Assembly (NCBI RefSeq): GCF_024521635.1
Contig: NW_026250404.1
Location: 248,001 to 312,000 of the forward strand
Source: Tricharina praecox
Lineage: Eukaryota
Direction of reading: 5' to 3'
DNA: 64,000 bases
The position numbers were made by a program, and so were the translations under genes. Shown piece by piece: positions 50,201 to 64,000 of this stretch (position 1 is the stretch's first letter; each line of letters starts with the position of its first letter). The notes under the pieces were generated by a model. The model had not been told where the DNA came from and did no database searches. It was given only the letters and a program-made list of their open reading frames with translations.

Positions 50201-53200
50201 CGCAAAGATCTGATCGACGCGCTTCCTATCCTCCGCCGTCCTGAAGCGCTGCTTAACCACCACGTCGATGAAGTCCTGCGGGTTCCTGGATGCAAGCAAC
50301 CCACTCGGCGAGGCCAGCAGCTCGAGCCATCGCAGGGTATCTCGCAGGTTGAATTCCCACGGTCCACCGACGGCGCCAAAGCTCCGCTTACCCTCCAGCG
50401 CCTTATCGAGCCTGACAACGAAGTCGATCAGCTTATCGACGACGTCGAGCGGGATAGTCGGGAACAGCTTCCGTGCGATCAACTGCAGATCGTAGAACGT
50501 GAGCTGGTCGACATAGACGACGGTGAAGCGATTGACGAACGACGCGGGCAGGCCCTTTCTCCCGCCTCCCTGGTGGTGCGGGTTCTGTGCCGCGAACACG
50601 GCAAAGTCCGGATGACAGCTGAAGGTGCGGTCCAGCTCGGAGATGTACACCTCGCCGCGGTGGTCGAGACAGGCGTTCAGCCCCTCCAGCACGGACTGCG
50701 ACGCAAGGTTCATCTCGTCGAGGAGCACCCAGTTGCCGTTCTGCATTGCGCGCAAGAAGGGCGCGTCTCGCCACGCGAACTCGCCGCTCTTCCCCCCCTC
50801 CACCGGCACATCCGAGCCGAACAGATCCATCAAGTCGGTCTGGTCAGAAAGGTTGATTCGCGTCAGCGGGTTGCCCGAGGCTGCCGCCAGCGCGGTGATC
50901 AAACTGGTCTTGCCAACTCCGGGACTTCCCTCGAGCAGGATTGGCTTGCGCAGCTGCATGGCCCGAACTACTCGCATGGCGTTCATGGCGGTCGTGGGCG
51001 CTTCCAGACTGAACGAGATATCCACCGCACCTCCCTCTTTCCTCTCAAGCCCGAACGAGCCCAGCCGGAGGGATAAGTGATCCACCGTCGCCAGGACCGC
51101 CGCAGCATACACCGGCAGCAAATCCTGGCCCAGCAGCTCGGATAGCTTCTTGATGCAGCTCTGCTTCTCGGCGGCCAGACTTCCCGCATCCGTCACCAGC
51201 AGACTGGACGGATTCGCGCCGAGGCCATCGAAGAAGACCAGTGCGGCGCCATGGAGGAGCGCAAATGCGGAACCCTGCTGCGCATGCAAGTTGACAAACC
51301 TGGTCCAGGCGAGGACATCACGGATGCTGATGGGCGCGTTGCTGGAGAAGTTATAAGTCTGCGAGAACCACTGTGCGTAGCTGACAATGGGCTCCGCGAA
51401 CTCGAGCAATCCCGGCTCCAGCTTCGAGCGCACAATCTGCAGCACATCGTCGCTGTCGGTCATGGACGGCACCCAGATCTCGGTGAAACGATTGCGCAGC
51501 GCCGGCGAGAGCTCCTTCTTGCCGTAGTCGCCTCCTGGGTTCATCGTCGCGAGGAACTGGAAGCCGTCGGATGCAGCGATCTGCGACTCTTCCGGCCCCT
51601 TCTCCGCGAGGAGGATTCCCCGCGCAGGCTCGAGAACACTGTTCAGCCGCTCCAGGACGGAATCGTCCGCGAGGGAGATTTCGTCGAGGAGGAAGAACTG
51701 GCCCTCTTTCATACCCTGGATGAGCGGACCCTCTGCCCACTCGAACAAGGCCTTGACGCGGGTCCTGTTGAGCTCAATGCGATCTTTGGTCTCAGTGGGA
51801 ATAGTGACTTTGACATCCGGTGGAAGCGCCAAGTACAGTTTCAAAAGTGTTGCGTAATCCGACGGCTCGATATCCCGCAGGTGCTCTTCCTCTACGTGCA
51901 GTTGGAGCACGGCCAGCAGGTCCTCGGCAAGCTGCGATTGATACGCCGACCGGTTCCGGATGGGTCGCTGAGCACCAATGATATCTCCGGTCTCGGTGTT
52001 CTGGTGCGCATTGACAATAATCAACCGCTTTCCAAACGCTTCCGCGAGCATCTGACACACAGTCGTCTTTCCACATCCCGTCTCTCCGACCAACAGAACC
52101 GGCTCGTTGTTTCGTAGGGCATGGGCGATGAGAGAGAATAGTCTCCTCATAGCCTTCGTCCAAACGATCTCCTGGTCGGTCACCTTCTCGGTGTACAGAG
52201 CATACTCCGGTGTCCGTTCGGCGGTGTAGAGAGCCTCAACGTCGATCTTAACCCTCATCTCCTTCTCCAGGACCTGTTGGACCACCAATTTCTCCTCATC
52301 CTTCCGCACGCGCTCAGCCAGGAGCATATACCCGTCCTCCGCCAGCTGCTGATACCCATTCGCATCCCTCTTCGCCCACCGGAACAGGTCTCTCAGGGTA
52401 GCAAAAGAGTTCTTCTGCTCGAAGATCCTCGACGACTGTCTTATGAGCGACAGCTCCTTATAAACTTTTACGATTTTGTCACCGTAGCTAGGGGCGATCT
52501 GGCAGCGTTCCTTTAGGATAGTTCCCAGCTCGGACTCTGGTATATCGTCGAAATGGAGTTCGAGGAAGCGGTTTCGGAAGGCGCGAGAGAGGTTCTTGCG
52601 GCCGCCGTAGAGTCCCGGCGGGTTCTGCGTCGCGAACAGCATGAAGTCCTTGTGCGGCCGCACGATCTCTTGCGTTTCGGGGATCAGCAGCTCGCGGTTG
52701 TCGTCCAGCAGCCGGTTCAAAGCTTCGAGCACGTCGGTTGGCGCAAGGTTCAGCTCGTCGAGAACGATCCAGTGGCCCTTCCGCAGCGCGTCCACGAGGA
52801 TCCCCTCAAGGAAGAACAGCTTCCCGTCATTGTCGGACACATAGCTTCCCAGGTACTCTTGCAGATCGGTATGCTCGTGGTTGTTGATGCGCACAAACTT
52901 GTGGCCTGTGCGCTTCGCCAGGTACTCGATCATACTCGTCTTTCCACTACTGGTAGGACCCTGGATGAGCACGGGAAACTTCCTTGTCGCCGTAGCGCGC
53001 ACGAGGTTGAGCATGTTCCGCTCCACGAAGGGCGTGATGATGTAGTGCGGCTGTTCCTCGGGCTCGTACGGGCCCTTGTGCATCCAGTAGTGCTTGAACT
53101 GCACATACTGTTGGCCATCACTGGGCTGTCGGGGGATCTGGTTGATCAGACTCCTAACATTCCTCTGGCTGCCTAGGATGAACCTGTCGATGACTGGCAA

Positions 53201-56200
53201 CAGAAGCATCTCGGATGTGCGGTCGAGGAGCGTCAGGAAGCTCATGCAGAAGCCCTCGTACAGACTCCTGCGCAGGCCATAGACACTTGCGATTTCGGTG
53301 ACGTAGCTCAGCGTCCTCGTGAGCGTGCGCATGCTGAAATGCGGCTTCTGGTTCGCGCCGTCGACCAGCTGGTGGCCCTCGGCGAGCTTCTTCGCCTCGA
53401 GGTACAGCAGCGCAACGTCGGACACCACCTTCTCGTCGCCGATGGCTAGGTGCCCGATATACTCCTTCACGATCGCCAGGAGGTTGCCCAGGTCCGTGTC
53501 CGGCGACGCTACATACAGCTCCGTGAACCTGCTTCTTAGTCCCGAGGGGAGATCGCGCTTTCCGACGTCGGTGGCCGGGTTCATACACGCGAAGATCCGG
53601 AAATTGGGGTGAGCCCGGATCCGCTCGACGTCTCCCTTCTCGCTCAGGAGGATGGAGCCGCCGCCGCCGTCCTTAAGGAGGTCGGCAATGCTCTCGAGCG
53701 TATCCGACGCGGCCAGGTTGATCTCGTCGAGGAGAACCCAGTCGCCGTTCCTGGCCGCCTTGACTAGACTCCCCTCCACGAATGAGAACGCAAAGCTCTT
53801 TGACAACTGCGAGCTCTGCCTCTCGAGGTTCGCCAGATCTCTCGCAAACACTGTCCACGAAGCCTGCAGCGCTGGTTTATCCATTCCGTCGAGCTTCCTC
53901 TTCTTTTTCTGCATCTCAGGCTCCGCCGCACTCTCGACCGTTGTCGGTGCCGGGGTCGCAAAAAAATTCTCCGCCATCTTGACCGCCTCGCCCCACAGGA
54001 TTATGACGCGCTTCCACTGCTGCTTGGCCCAGCACTTATTCAGCACGTCAAGGAAGCGCTTATTCTTCTTGAGCGAGAACGTTTTTTCGAACAGCTCATC
54101 GAAGCACTCCTTCAGCGGCACAGCCAGAGTCCTTACATCAACGGGCTTATACCCACCGAGCAGGTCGCCCGCCTCCGTCTGCTGCGATAGATTAATCGCC
54201 GTCAGGCCAAACCCAAGCATGTCCGCGAGCTGCTGCACTACCGTCGTCTTTCCCGTTCCGGTCTCACCGACGAGCAGCACGGGTTCCGCCAGCCTGACTG
54301 CCACACCCACCTGCTCCAGCAGCCTAAGCGCATGATTCGTGGTAGCAAACGGGCGCTTCTCATTGCTAAGCGCCGTCTTCCTCCGCTTCTGACTTGCGGG
54401 CTCCTTCTTTTTCGCCAGCTTCGCGCGGCCCACGACCAGCGAGCGCTCGGCGTTCTTGAAGCTCGGGATATGCCCCAGCAGCAGGTGCTCGACGCGCTGC
54501 GCGGGCACCATCAGCTCCTCGGCGAGGCGGCTGGCAACGAGGCGCCGCGCCTCGAGCGTGTGCAGGCTGCCCGCGAAGCAGTCGACCGCCTCGGCGAATA
54601 CCTCGTCGAACAGGCCGTCGGGGAGGACTGTGGCGCCGGCCTTCACGCCCGCGGTTGCACACAGCGCGCTGATCCGGCTGCACCACTTGAAGAGATCTCT
54701 GGGGGAGATTTGTCGCCCCAAACTGGTGCGGCTGATGGCGAAGAAGGTGGGCTCGCGGTAGAGCGTTTGGATAGCCGTGTAGGTGCTCAGGATCGTCGGC
54801 GAGATCGCCGCCAGCAACGGGAAGCGCGAGGTCACGATCGTTTGCAGCTCCTCTGGGGCGGGGGTGGCCACGTTGACGCGCAGCCACAGGCGGCTGCCGA
54901 GGAGGTTTACGGTGACCGTGTCGGCGCTGTGCGCGGACGGGGAGGTGCGCGTCGTGGTGATCAGGCGGAAGCCGCGCGCAGCCTTGATGCGCTCGCCGCG
55001 GGAGGGGATGTCGAGCTCGCCGCGCTCGATCAGCGGCAGCAGGACGCTCAGCACGTCGGTCGGCGCCTTGTCGATGTCTTCAACCAGAACCCAGCGGCCT
55101 TCTCGCACCGCGGTGGCGAGCACTCCCGGCCGCCACTCGAAGCTGCCGGGGGTGTCGGCCGTGGTGTAGGCGCCTATGAGCAGCTTTGCGTCCGTCTGCC
55201 CGCTCAGGTGGATCGACACCATCGAGTCCAGCGCGTTGAGAGTTTGCGCGATCTGGTGGATCAGGAAGGTCTTCCCCGAGCCGGCGTGGCCGGTGACGAG
55301 GATAGGTTGCGACGAACGGAGGGCCAGGGCGAGGGAGTGCACGTTTGCCCGAGTTGTAGGGGTGTCTACGATATCTGCAGGACTTTTGGGGACACCTGAA
55401 TAAACACGATATCAGATCATGGGTCCCTTTTCCTGTAGCTACCAGCCGCGAGCGAGTTATACCTCTTAGACGCGGTGTCAAAATTCCGCACAGGTCGACA
55501 GTCATGGGGGATAATTCCGACAAGTCTATTATTCTAGAGATGTTTGTATTTGGTACTATTGGACCAGCTCTCGCCTTCTCCAAAGCATCGGACATATCCT
55601 TGAACCGTCCACCTTCCAGCGACCTGTGGGAAGAAAAAGCGTATATCAGCCATCGTGAATCGTAGCATTGGATGTTTCTCGGCAGAGAAAGGCTCACATT
55701 AAGAATCCGTAATCAACGTCCCGGTCCTCCCATGGTCCGAGGACGGCCTCCGAGAGTCTCCCAACACCATACTTCTCCATCATCTCCTCTTGTGCAGCAT
55801 CTGCCACCTTCAGGTAGATGCATAGTATTCGAATGGCAACGTAACGCACAGCTCGGTGGCCATGGTGCAGCAGATGGTAGAGAGTCGTAGTATCGACCAG
55901 AGGCAAAAAGGTATCCCGTTTAAAGCACAACAACCTATTCAGCGCGAGCAGGGCCTCCAAAGCCACCATATGTGATACCGCGCAAACCTCATCTTGACTG
56001 CATTCAGCGTCCAACCCCAGAGCCTCTAGCAGAAACCTCTTGCCGTCCCTCTCCAGAAGGAGGCATTCGGCGACTTCGACCAAGTACGGCACGACAGGCA
56101 GGACCCTTGCGAAGCCGGCGGCGATCTGCGGCGTGTGCGCGAACGTCGGCCATCGGGCCACGAGCTCGGGAAATAGTGGCTCGTAGCAGGCCAGTATGGT

Positions 56201-56377
56201 GGAACAGAACACGGGATGCAGCGAGAGTCGTGACAGCGTCTCCAAGTACACGTTGCTGCTCGTTAAGTCGCATAGCTGCGAGACAATCGCCTGCGCTTCG
56301 ACAGGTAGTGCCGCAGTCAGCACGGTGGATTGAGACACTGCGCTCAGGAATCGCTGGTCGAAGGATGCGCACTCCAT
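41247..56377 (-). CDS. MDN1: Midasin (Rea1), AAA-ATPase for pre-60S maturation; exons 55698-56377, 55463-55623, 48292-55395, 47646-48232, 42556-47592, 41247-42503; 4941 aa
   Basis: Six Walker A motifs (GHAGSGKT, GETGTGKT, GPTSSGKT, GETGCGKT, GSPGVGKT, GASGTGKS), a long linker, a D/E-rich region and a C-terminal MIDAS/VWA domain (GDFRTGKRLNMRRIIPYIAS, VDDSRSM). Five canonical introns are in frame. Confidence 0.97.
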
Positions 56378-57790
56378 GGGCGACTTTATCTGTGGGGGGA
56401 GTGGACCGATTGGATGTGTGGTAGTAGTGGTATCCCTATGGTTGTGGTAAGAAGGAGGGCGGAATTTTGGGTTTTGGGTATTGGTTTTTCTGCGCAGTGG
56501 CGGGCAACAGGTGGTTGTTCCGTATCGACGGCGGTGGTGGGGGAAACTTTTCTGGAGGAGACCGTCCGGGATAACTTAATTTTTTGGGGAGAAATTTGGT
56601 TGACGCTACGGTCGAAAGAGGACTAGCGGAGGGAGGGGGTGCTGCGGCTTCAATGCGCGCTGTGTGACGCTCTAGCGTGGCATTTTCGGGGAAGGAAGTC
56701 AGTGAGGAGGGCTTCTCTGCGCTTTCCTCCAACTCTTCTTCTTCGCCACCGGCGGTTCCAGGCTTCGGATGATCGCAACTTTCGGGCCGGGGAGACAACG
56801 ATAATAAAAAAAGGTAAAGAGGAGTTTAAAACACCGAGAAGGAGAAGAAGAAGAAAAACTAATTGTTTCCGATGTGCCCGACACAGTGTGCGAACGAGTG
56901 CTGGTATGTAGATAACCTACGCATCAGACCGACTTGGCCGGTCATTCGTCTGCTGGTCATCGCGGATTCATTAGCCAATCATCATACCGACACAGACCGG
57001 GACTCTCGCTGCATATACTTGCCGCATACATAATCAAGTGACTTCGTCGGGAGCCCACCGCTCCCGCGACAATTCACGGCAGATACTCCTGCCTGTCACT
57101 GAGTTTCCCGTCCGTGCCCACCGGCGGTCTGTCCTACATGCCGTGGAGTACAGGATCGATGGAGCTGATGGACAGTGGGTACTACTTACACTAGTAGTAT
57201 CGTCGATGCGCATGCGCGGGATGTTCGGCATCGCTGTGGCCGGATGGATATATATGATGGACAACCCGGGGTAAATGCTGCGGTGGTGTTTACTGGCCAG
57301 TGAAGCTGTTCGTTGTCAATGGCACCGGCGATGGATGGATGGTCTGGGTGTTGCCCACTCTGACCTCCCCTCCCCTCTCCTCGCTCGGTGCCGGACCTTG
57401 TCCAGATCCTCCCTCCTTCCTTCTTTCCGTCTCTATCTTTCCAAGACTCCAATGGCCGGCCACCCAAACCGCCGCTGTACATACCCACCACCCTCCACTA
57501 CAACCACCACCACCACTACCACCACCACAACCACAACCACCACCACCGCCACTTCCTACTGTGCGTGCCCTCCACCCCCTCCCCTGTCCCGCCCCAACCC
57601 TTCTTCCTTCCTGCATCACCCCCCCATCCACCACCCCCCATCCACACATCATCCATCCACGCATCACCCATCCATGTTCGAATTACTCACCTGCAGCAAC
57701 TTACTTCCTACCTACTGTCAAATAGGTATACTCACTTGTCAGACTAGAGCGAGAACGAGGAACACCCCACTGCAGCGGACCCTCCATCGT

Positions 57791-57830
57791 CATCACCATC
57801 ACCATCACCATCACCATCACCATCACCATC
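57791..57830. repeat. (CATCAC)n microsatellite
   Basis: About 6.5 tandem units read directly. Confidence 0.9.
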
Positions 57831-58987
57831 GTAGCCGGCGTCTGCTCAGCGACGCAAAAATGCCGACAAGTGAGAAATCGTGAAGGAAAACATCGAAACA
57901 GCACCGTTTTTTGATATTGCAATTTTCAACACCCTTTGCGTTAATTGCTCGATGCGGTGGGCGGGTGGTGCATTGTCGTCGCCCGACACGAAGCCGCTGC
58001 ATTTTGCTGTGCGTTGTTGCGATGTTTGGTTGCTGAGTTAGACGTGTGTTTGGGGAGGGTGAGGGTGAGCGGTGCCTGCCTGGGGGGTTTGGAGAGAGGG
58101 GGACGAAACCCGTCCGCCGTGTAGGTCACGCTAAGCTTGTCTCGGCAAGCTAAGTTAAGCGTCGTCTCTCTTGCGGCGGCGCCCTCCTCGCAACAGACAC
58201 CACCCACACAAGCACCAAAGCAACCAGCAACCAGCACCCAGCAAAATAACTACCACCCACTATGAAAAAGCCGACCGACCATGCCCCCCCCCCCACCCCC
58301 CAAGACTCTCCCACCCACTACCCTCCCTCGCTCCCTCCCTCGCTCCCTCCCTCCCTCCCTCGCTCGCTCCCTCAAACCCTCAACTCCTCCTCAACCCACC
58401 TCCACTGCCTCACCCACCTCCTCCTCCACCACGCAACGCCCTCCCTGAACACCGCCTTCTCCGAACTCCGCGACTATCCCGCTGAAAAGCTTCACCTTGA
58501 ACCGGCCCCATCACCCGTAACGACCCTGCCTGCGCCTCACCCGCTCATAGCCTGTCCGCTCCGCTTCCACACTCAGTCCGCACCACTTCCCTTCACCCCG
58601 TCATTCTCCGCCCGCAACTCAAAATTTTCTCGAATACCCACCCCTCCCTCCTAGTCCACACCACCGCCCCGGACTACCACCACCTTTGACAGCCACCCCC
58701 TCCCACTACCACCACCATCTCTCAACCAGTCATCCTCCAACCACAACCACCACCCACAGTTGGTCCGCCTACCACCGACAACCACTCCCTCAACGCCATC
58801 ACCGACTACCACCCCCACCCCCACACACCTTTCATTGCCCGTATCGCCGCCAATCGCACCCGACGCCTTGTAGGCCTTAGCTTCTGTCAGGCACCGACAA
58901 CATCCAGCGGCGCGCGTGACATTGCTAACCTAGCCGGGTCAACTTCGATAACACCCTTCTCGGACCCTTCCTGGACTCTCGGTGAAG

Positions 58988-61900
58988 ATGGTAACGGGAT
59001 TCTCAAACATCCATTATGGCGCATCTCGGCGGCCATGCGTAAAGACTATCCGACAGACTAATTCTCGTCGTAGGTGTTGTACAAAAGAAAGCCGGTGCAG
59101 ATGGTGTCGCCGCCAGTCGTGAAGGACGACTCTGTAGAGGTATGTTGGCTTCGAGATGTCCGCGGAAACATTACCGGCGTGCGTTCTCGTTGGAGCGCCT
59201 CTTGGCTGACACTGTATCATCTCTAGCTCTACGTCATATCGCAGACCAGCGAAGCTTTCACGGATTACCAGAGCTATATCGATAGGTAAGTCCATCGAGC
59301 TTGGCGGGATAATGCCGATTGTAATACTCACGAAGAGATTTAGGCTCGAATTTTACAAGGCGGTGCGTACGATAAAGCCTCTCGACGGCCCTCTATTTCC
59401 CCAGCCGAACTGCGTCTAGTGTGCTTATTCTCGTGACAGAAACATTTCAGCTGCGAGATCACCGGTCATATGAACCTCAACTACTTCGAAGCCCTTAAGA
59501 GCGAGGTAGCTAGCGCTGTGGCGACCTTCCCCCGAAAATGGCCCGTGTGCTGACCAGGGTCGATAGACGGAGCATTCCCAAGACGTTGAGCAGCAATTCC
59601 CGGAGCCATTAAAAGAACCGGTATTGCGCAAAGTGCAGTTTTCGACTGTTTCTAGGATCGATACCTTGGGTAAGCTGCAGCGACGGCCCCACGATTGATG
59701 TTTGCACCGCTAACCAGCGACATGTCGCTTCAGTGGACCAGCTTCACGACGTTAGTGACATTCCCGCCGGCTCTCTATTTTGCGATAGTCCTCCTCTGAC
59801 AGTCCCTTAGTCCTTCAAGAGCGACTTCTACCCTGGCGAGCATGTGACAGCAATACTTCCCGGCGGAGACCGGGTCGAAGCCATCATCCGCGAGAAAACC
59901 ATGTTTCCAGAGCTCAGGTTCGCCAGCGGAGAGATCCAACGAAAGGGTTACTCTCGGTACACCGTCAAGATGGTCAACCGGAACGAGGAGGAGGCCCAGA
60001 TCGACAACGAGCACCTGATTCGCGACAAGAAGACGTTCACGAAGCACATGCTGCGCTCCTTTATTAAGAATACGGTAGCGCGCGAACCGTGGACCGGTGC
60101 ACCATGGTTGGTGAAGGATGAGTATGCCGGCCGGTACAAGATCCCCTCGATGGTGCCGGTTCATCTCCAGCGCGCTACCACGACAGCAGAACGTAAGGCT
60201 CAGCAGGTCAGACGCAAACAAGGCTCGACAGGAGTCAGTGTGGACGTTGTGACAAGTGGGAGTGCATCGCCTCCTAGCCCTGTCGAGATACGACCTGCAC
60301 CGAAATCGCATAAGAGTAAGACCCAGCAAGCCATGAAAATGTCCAAATTATTCCAAGAATCAAGGATCGAGTCCCCGAGTATGGCTGGATCGCCTTGGGC
60401 CGGCAGTCCTATGGGGACGCCCGACGGAAGTATCCATAAGCTGAATATCAAAGCGCTAGTCAAACCGGATCCTACGCCGCCTCCTCCGCCGCCGCCGCCG
60501 CCGAAGCCCATCAAGTACCCCATCGAGGACCTCGATCTCCAACCGCAAGAAAACGCTTGTCGGCCGGCATTGCATCATCTCTCGTCTATCGATATTGCGC
60601 CCTCGTCAAGCGCTGTAGCCATTAAGGAAAATGGTATCGACGAGGAGAAAGTGGCGTTCTATCTCAGCACTTGGGTTTTTCTCAACATTTACTGCGAGCC
60701 TTTCCTCTTGGATTCGTTCACCTTCGATGATTACGTTCAGGCCCTGCAATACCACAACGAAGATATGGATTGCGAACTCTTCGTGGAGATTCACTGCACT
60801 CTACTAAAGGCAATCGTGAATGACCAGGGTGTCGTTCAGGTACAACTTCCGGAACCGGAGGAAGAGGATGAGGAAGAAGAGGAGGACGAGGATGAGGAGA
60901 TGGAAGATGAGAAGCCGGAAAAGGACGATGGGAGCTCCACCCAGGACATAAATGCGGTGAATGGGGGCGACTCGGACGAGAATAACGACGGCACCACCAA
61001 GTCTTCGGACAAGGAAAAGAAGCATCGCGCAGATGAGCTATTTGACGATAGCGAAGGTTGGGTGCAGTTGCTCAAAGCCCGCCAGTTTAAAAATGGAGGC
61101 TGGCAGGCGATTGTGGTCGGCGTTCTGTATCAACTGTCCTGGGATTCGCGCTTTTCCAAGGACACCGAGGATATCTTGGCTTACCTAGCATCACCGGATG
61201 AAAAACCAACGATGGAAACAGTAAAAGCTCGATACACAACTATGAACAGCAACCTACGTGTCATGGTCATCCAGTTGCTGTCCCGATTAACTCATGAAAC
61301 CCGGACGGTCAGGGACTATATGGAGGAATGTTCAGAGCAGATGACTAAGCATCGCAAGGAGAAGATTGAGCACCAACGCAACCGTAAGATCTAGTAAGTG
61401 TTCCCCGTTTACACAAACTCTTGGGGGCTCATTGTACTTATCAATCTCATCTGTAGCTTGGAGGAACTTAAGTCGTTGGAAGACGACAGGAAAATTCTTC
61501 TGCCGGAAAATACCCCCAAGTCGCCGTCACAGACTCCCGAAACAACACGAGCATCGACCGATGAAGATGGCGACGTTAAGATGAACGCTGTCGAGGTAGA
61601 TTACGAGGATGAGGACGAGGACGAGAGTGCTAGGGCGCGTCGTCGTGGCGGAGATCGTGCGAACGAACGCAAACGGAAGCGGGTGGAAGAGAAGGCCAAA
61701 GCCGAGGCTGCAGCCAAGATACCGAAGACGTCGAAACACTTCCAAAAGGTCGTCAAATCCATCGAATCAGTCAAGGCCAAGATCTTGAAGGAGGAAGAAG
61801 CGATTGTTACACTCGACGAGGATCTTCGACAGGCAGACTGCGCGAGATTCAAAATGATGGGTCAGGACCGGTACTGGAACAAATATTGGTGGTTCGAACG

Positions 61901-62567
61901 AAACGGCATGCCGTTTGGTGGTTTACCCGACTCTTCGACGGCCCACTCCGGCTATGCCAATGCGATGATCTGGATCCAAGGTCCCGATGAGACCGAGCGC
62001 CAGGGGTTCCTCGTGGGAGAAGCCGGAACAAAGGCGGCTACACCACCCGACGCAAATGATGACGTCCAAATGAACGATCACGGGGAGGATAGGATTACGG
62101 TTCTGGATCGGCAAGCTCGCGAGGAGAATGGAACAACCCTCGCGTCTCCTACTCAGTTTGGTTTCATCGAGACACCCGAAGAGTTTGACCAGCTGATGTC
62201 TTGGTTCGACGTCCGGGGTGTGAGAGAGAAGAAGCTGAAGGCTACGTTCGAGCTATTCAAGGACCACATACTGGGAGGAATGCGCAACAGAGAACAATAC
62301 CTTTCAGAGTCTGTCGCTGCTGCGCTGGAAAACGAAAATGGCACCGGAACAGGAAGAATGAGTACCCGCGGAAAGACTCATTTCGACCCCAACGTCTGGC
62401 GCTGTCTCAAATGGCGCAACGACGTGGCGAGGGATGAAATCCAACATACTCATTACGACCAGCCTCAACCGCGGAAGAATGCTTCCAAAAAGAAAGAAGG
62501 CAAAGGCCTTCCACTGAATAGGCAAGGCAAGCCTGTTAGTCGGCAAGGAGACCGCTACAACTTTTAA
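58988..62567 (+). CDS. ITC1: ISW2 complex subunit Itc1/Acf1 (WAC, DDT, WHIM domains); exons 58988-58990, 59074-59139, 59227-59285, 59344-59362, 59440-59505, 59567-59669, 59734-59750, 59811-61393, 61457-62567; 1008 aa
   Basis: The spliced N-terminus MVLYKRKPV...YIDRLEFYKAKHFSCEITGHMNLNYFEALKSE is a WAC domain. It is followed by KYPIEDL, DDT (WVFLNIYCEPFLLDSFTFDDY) and WHIM (MGQDRYWNKYWWFE) motifs. Confidence 0.93.
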
Positions 62568-64000
62568 CGGCCCAGGACTGATCGTCCTGGAGCGGAGGCA
62601 CGCCTTTCTCAACTTCTGTGTCTCTTTCTCGAATTCTCGTTTTCAGCACCTAGGGACATTTCTTATTTGACGTAGGTACTCGGTATTTGGAATCGTTGGC
62701 GCAAGGTTTATTTTTTTATCCTATTTGGGATTTGGGATTTGTTTACGCATCGCGGCTGGCGGGGGGTTGGTTGATACGATGGTTTTGTTGTGACTTTTTC
62801 TTTTCTTTTCTTTTCTTTTCTTTTTGGTTTCTGGAATTGATACGCTTTTCATGGAAATATTCTTTACACATCATCATCAATCTTTTTACTGTCTGTCTTG
62901 TATCATAGACTTTAGCGTATAAACGGATGGGGGGAAACGTGGAAACGTGGAACAAGAGTACCTTAGTTGTGTATATTACCTACAACGTGAACATTGAACG
63001 AAACGATGTTCGATGTTCGATGGGCTGGCTGAACGCGAGCGATATTTAGCTGCTGCTGGGGAGGGGGTGGGGGTGGGGGTGGGGGTGGGGGTGGGCGGTG
63101 GGCGGTGGGGGGGAGGTCTTCTGGTGGGAGCGGGAGCTGGACGCGCCGTTCGATTCGATGTGGGTTCTGTCAGACACAGTTGAGGCGGCGGTGGAAGTGT
63201 GTACGAGGCATGGCATACAGGCACGGAAGGGACTGTGGCAAGAGATGTTCCGGGCAGCGAGCGAGATGCGAAAATATCACGGGGGGGGAGTGGAAGTGAA
63301 TGATATATGATGAACGAGCATCTAGCAGTACCTAGCATACCTAGCATACCTAGCATAGATATTACGTCGTTCCGGGGGGGTCAGTCGGTCGAATCGAATC
63401 GAGTCAGGAAATTCATTCGTATGTAGCGAAGCACTTCCGATCAACTCTTGGATTTCGCCGACGGCGACTGCAGCTGGCTGGTTTCCACAGTGCTGGTGTT
63501 TCCGGGGGGAGGCGGGTGGATGGTGGATGGTGGATGGTCTACAATACAATACCTACAATACGGCTGTTTCTACCTTATGTACCTCACGGCTACGACCTCA
63601 CGGCTACGACCTCTCGGCTGAAAAAAGAAAGCATAGGCATTCGAACGCAATATTCCAGGCCATCCTGGCATACCTACCTCCACGCCTCCACCCCTTGGCA
63701 AGTTATGGCCTCGAGGAGCGCTGTGCAAGATGGAACATGGCGGGGAATAGAGATGTCGCCGCGGTTGGGTTACTGTTGATCTGATGGGATTCGAAGGGAA
63801 TGCCTAGCTGACGACAAGTCCTGCAAGTCCTGCAAGACTAGTGAGTACCGTACAAACGCTCGCGAGCAGCGGCCATTGTCGGAGCAGCTCCAGCTGCTGC
63901 TTCTGGCAGGAATCGTGAATCGAAGGGCTCACGCTCCATGCCAGGCCACAGCATGTCCTCGCCCTCGCCCTCGTTAGCAGGACCGCAGCAAAGATCTAAC

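Noticed and set aside
41178..55399. Many 150-380 aa plus-strand ORFs over MDN1
   Set aside because: Antisense shadows expected from GC3-biased coding sequence.
57275..57883. 202-aa ORF with poly-T and poly-H tracts
   Set aside because: Translation of (ACC)n and (CATCAC)n microsatellites.
42504..61456. Apparent premature stops or frameshifts splitting MDN1 and ITC1 (candidate recoding or A-to-I editing)
   Set aside because: Every break is explained by a canonical GT-AG intron, and the spliced lengths are multiples of three.

Overview
Eukaryotic nuclear DNA from a filamentous ascomycete fungus: short GT-AG introns with CTRAC/CTAAY branch points, microsatellite-rich intergenic DNA and Pezizomycotina-type proteins. 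It is mostly a housekeeping region with 13 protein genes. Twelve are complete, and I spliced the 11 intron-containing ones by hand into in-frame CDSs. In order: Nrd1/Mrn1-like multi-RRM protein (runs off the left edge), RRD2 PP2A activator, NudE, a divergent annexin, a small DDR48-annotated-family protein, PDS5, a secreted PAF-acetylhydrolase-like hydrolase, a Pol mu-like X-family polymerase, an unusually long ANT1-like carrier, GIG1/DUF3605, a solo histone H4, midasin MDN1 and ITC1. I found no tRNA, rRNA, CRISPR array or intact transposase. I cannot support a new multi-gene system from the sequence alone. The best leads are a ~730-bp TIR/TA-flanked MITE-like insert, a spliced, apparently AUG-less N-terminal extension of the Nrd1 homologue, an orphan multi-intron locus with a strong promoter but broken frames, an 840-aa carrier with a long charged tail, and a recurring intergenic 11-mer. 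Family assignments come from recognised motifs, not database searches.
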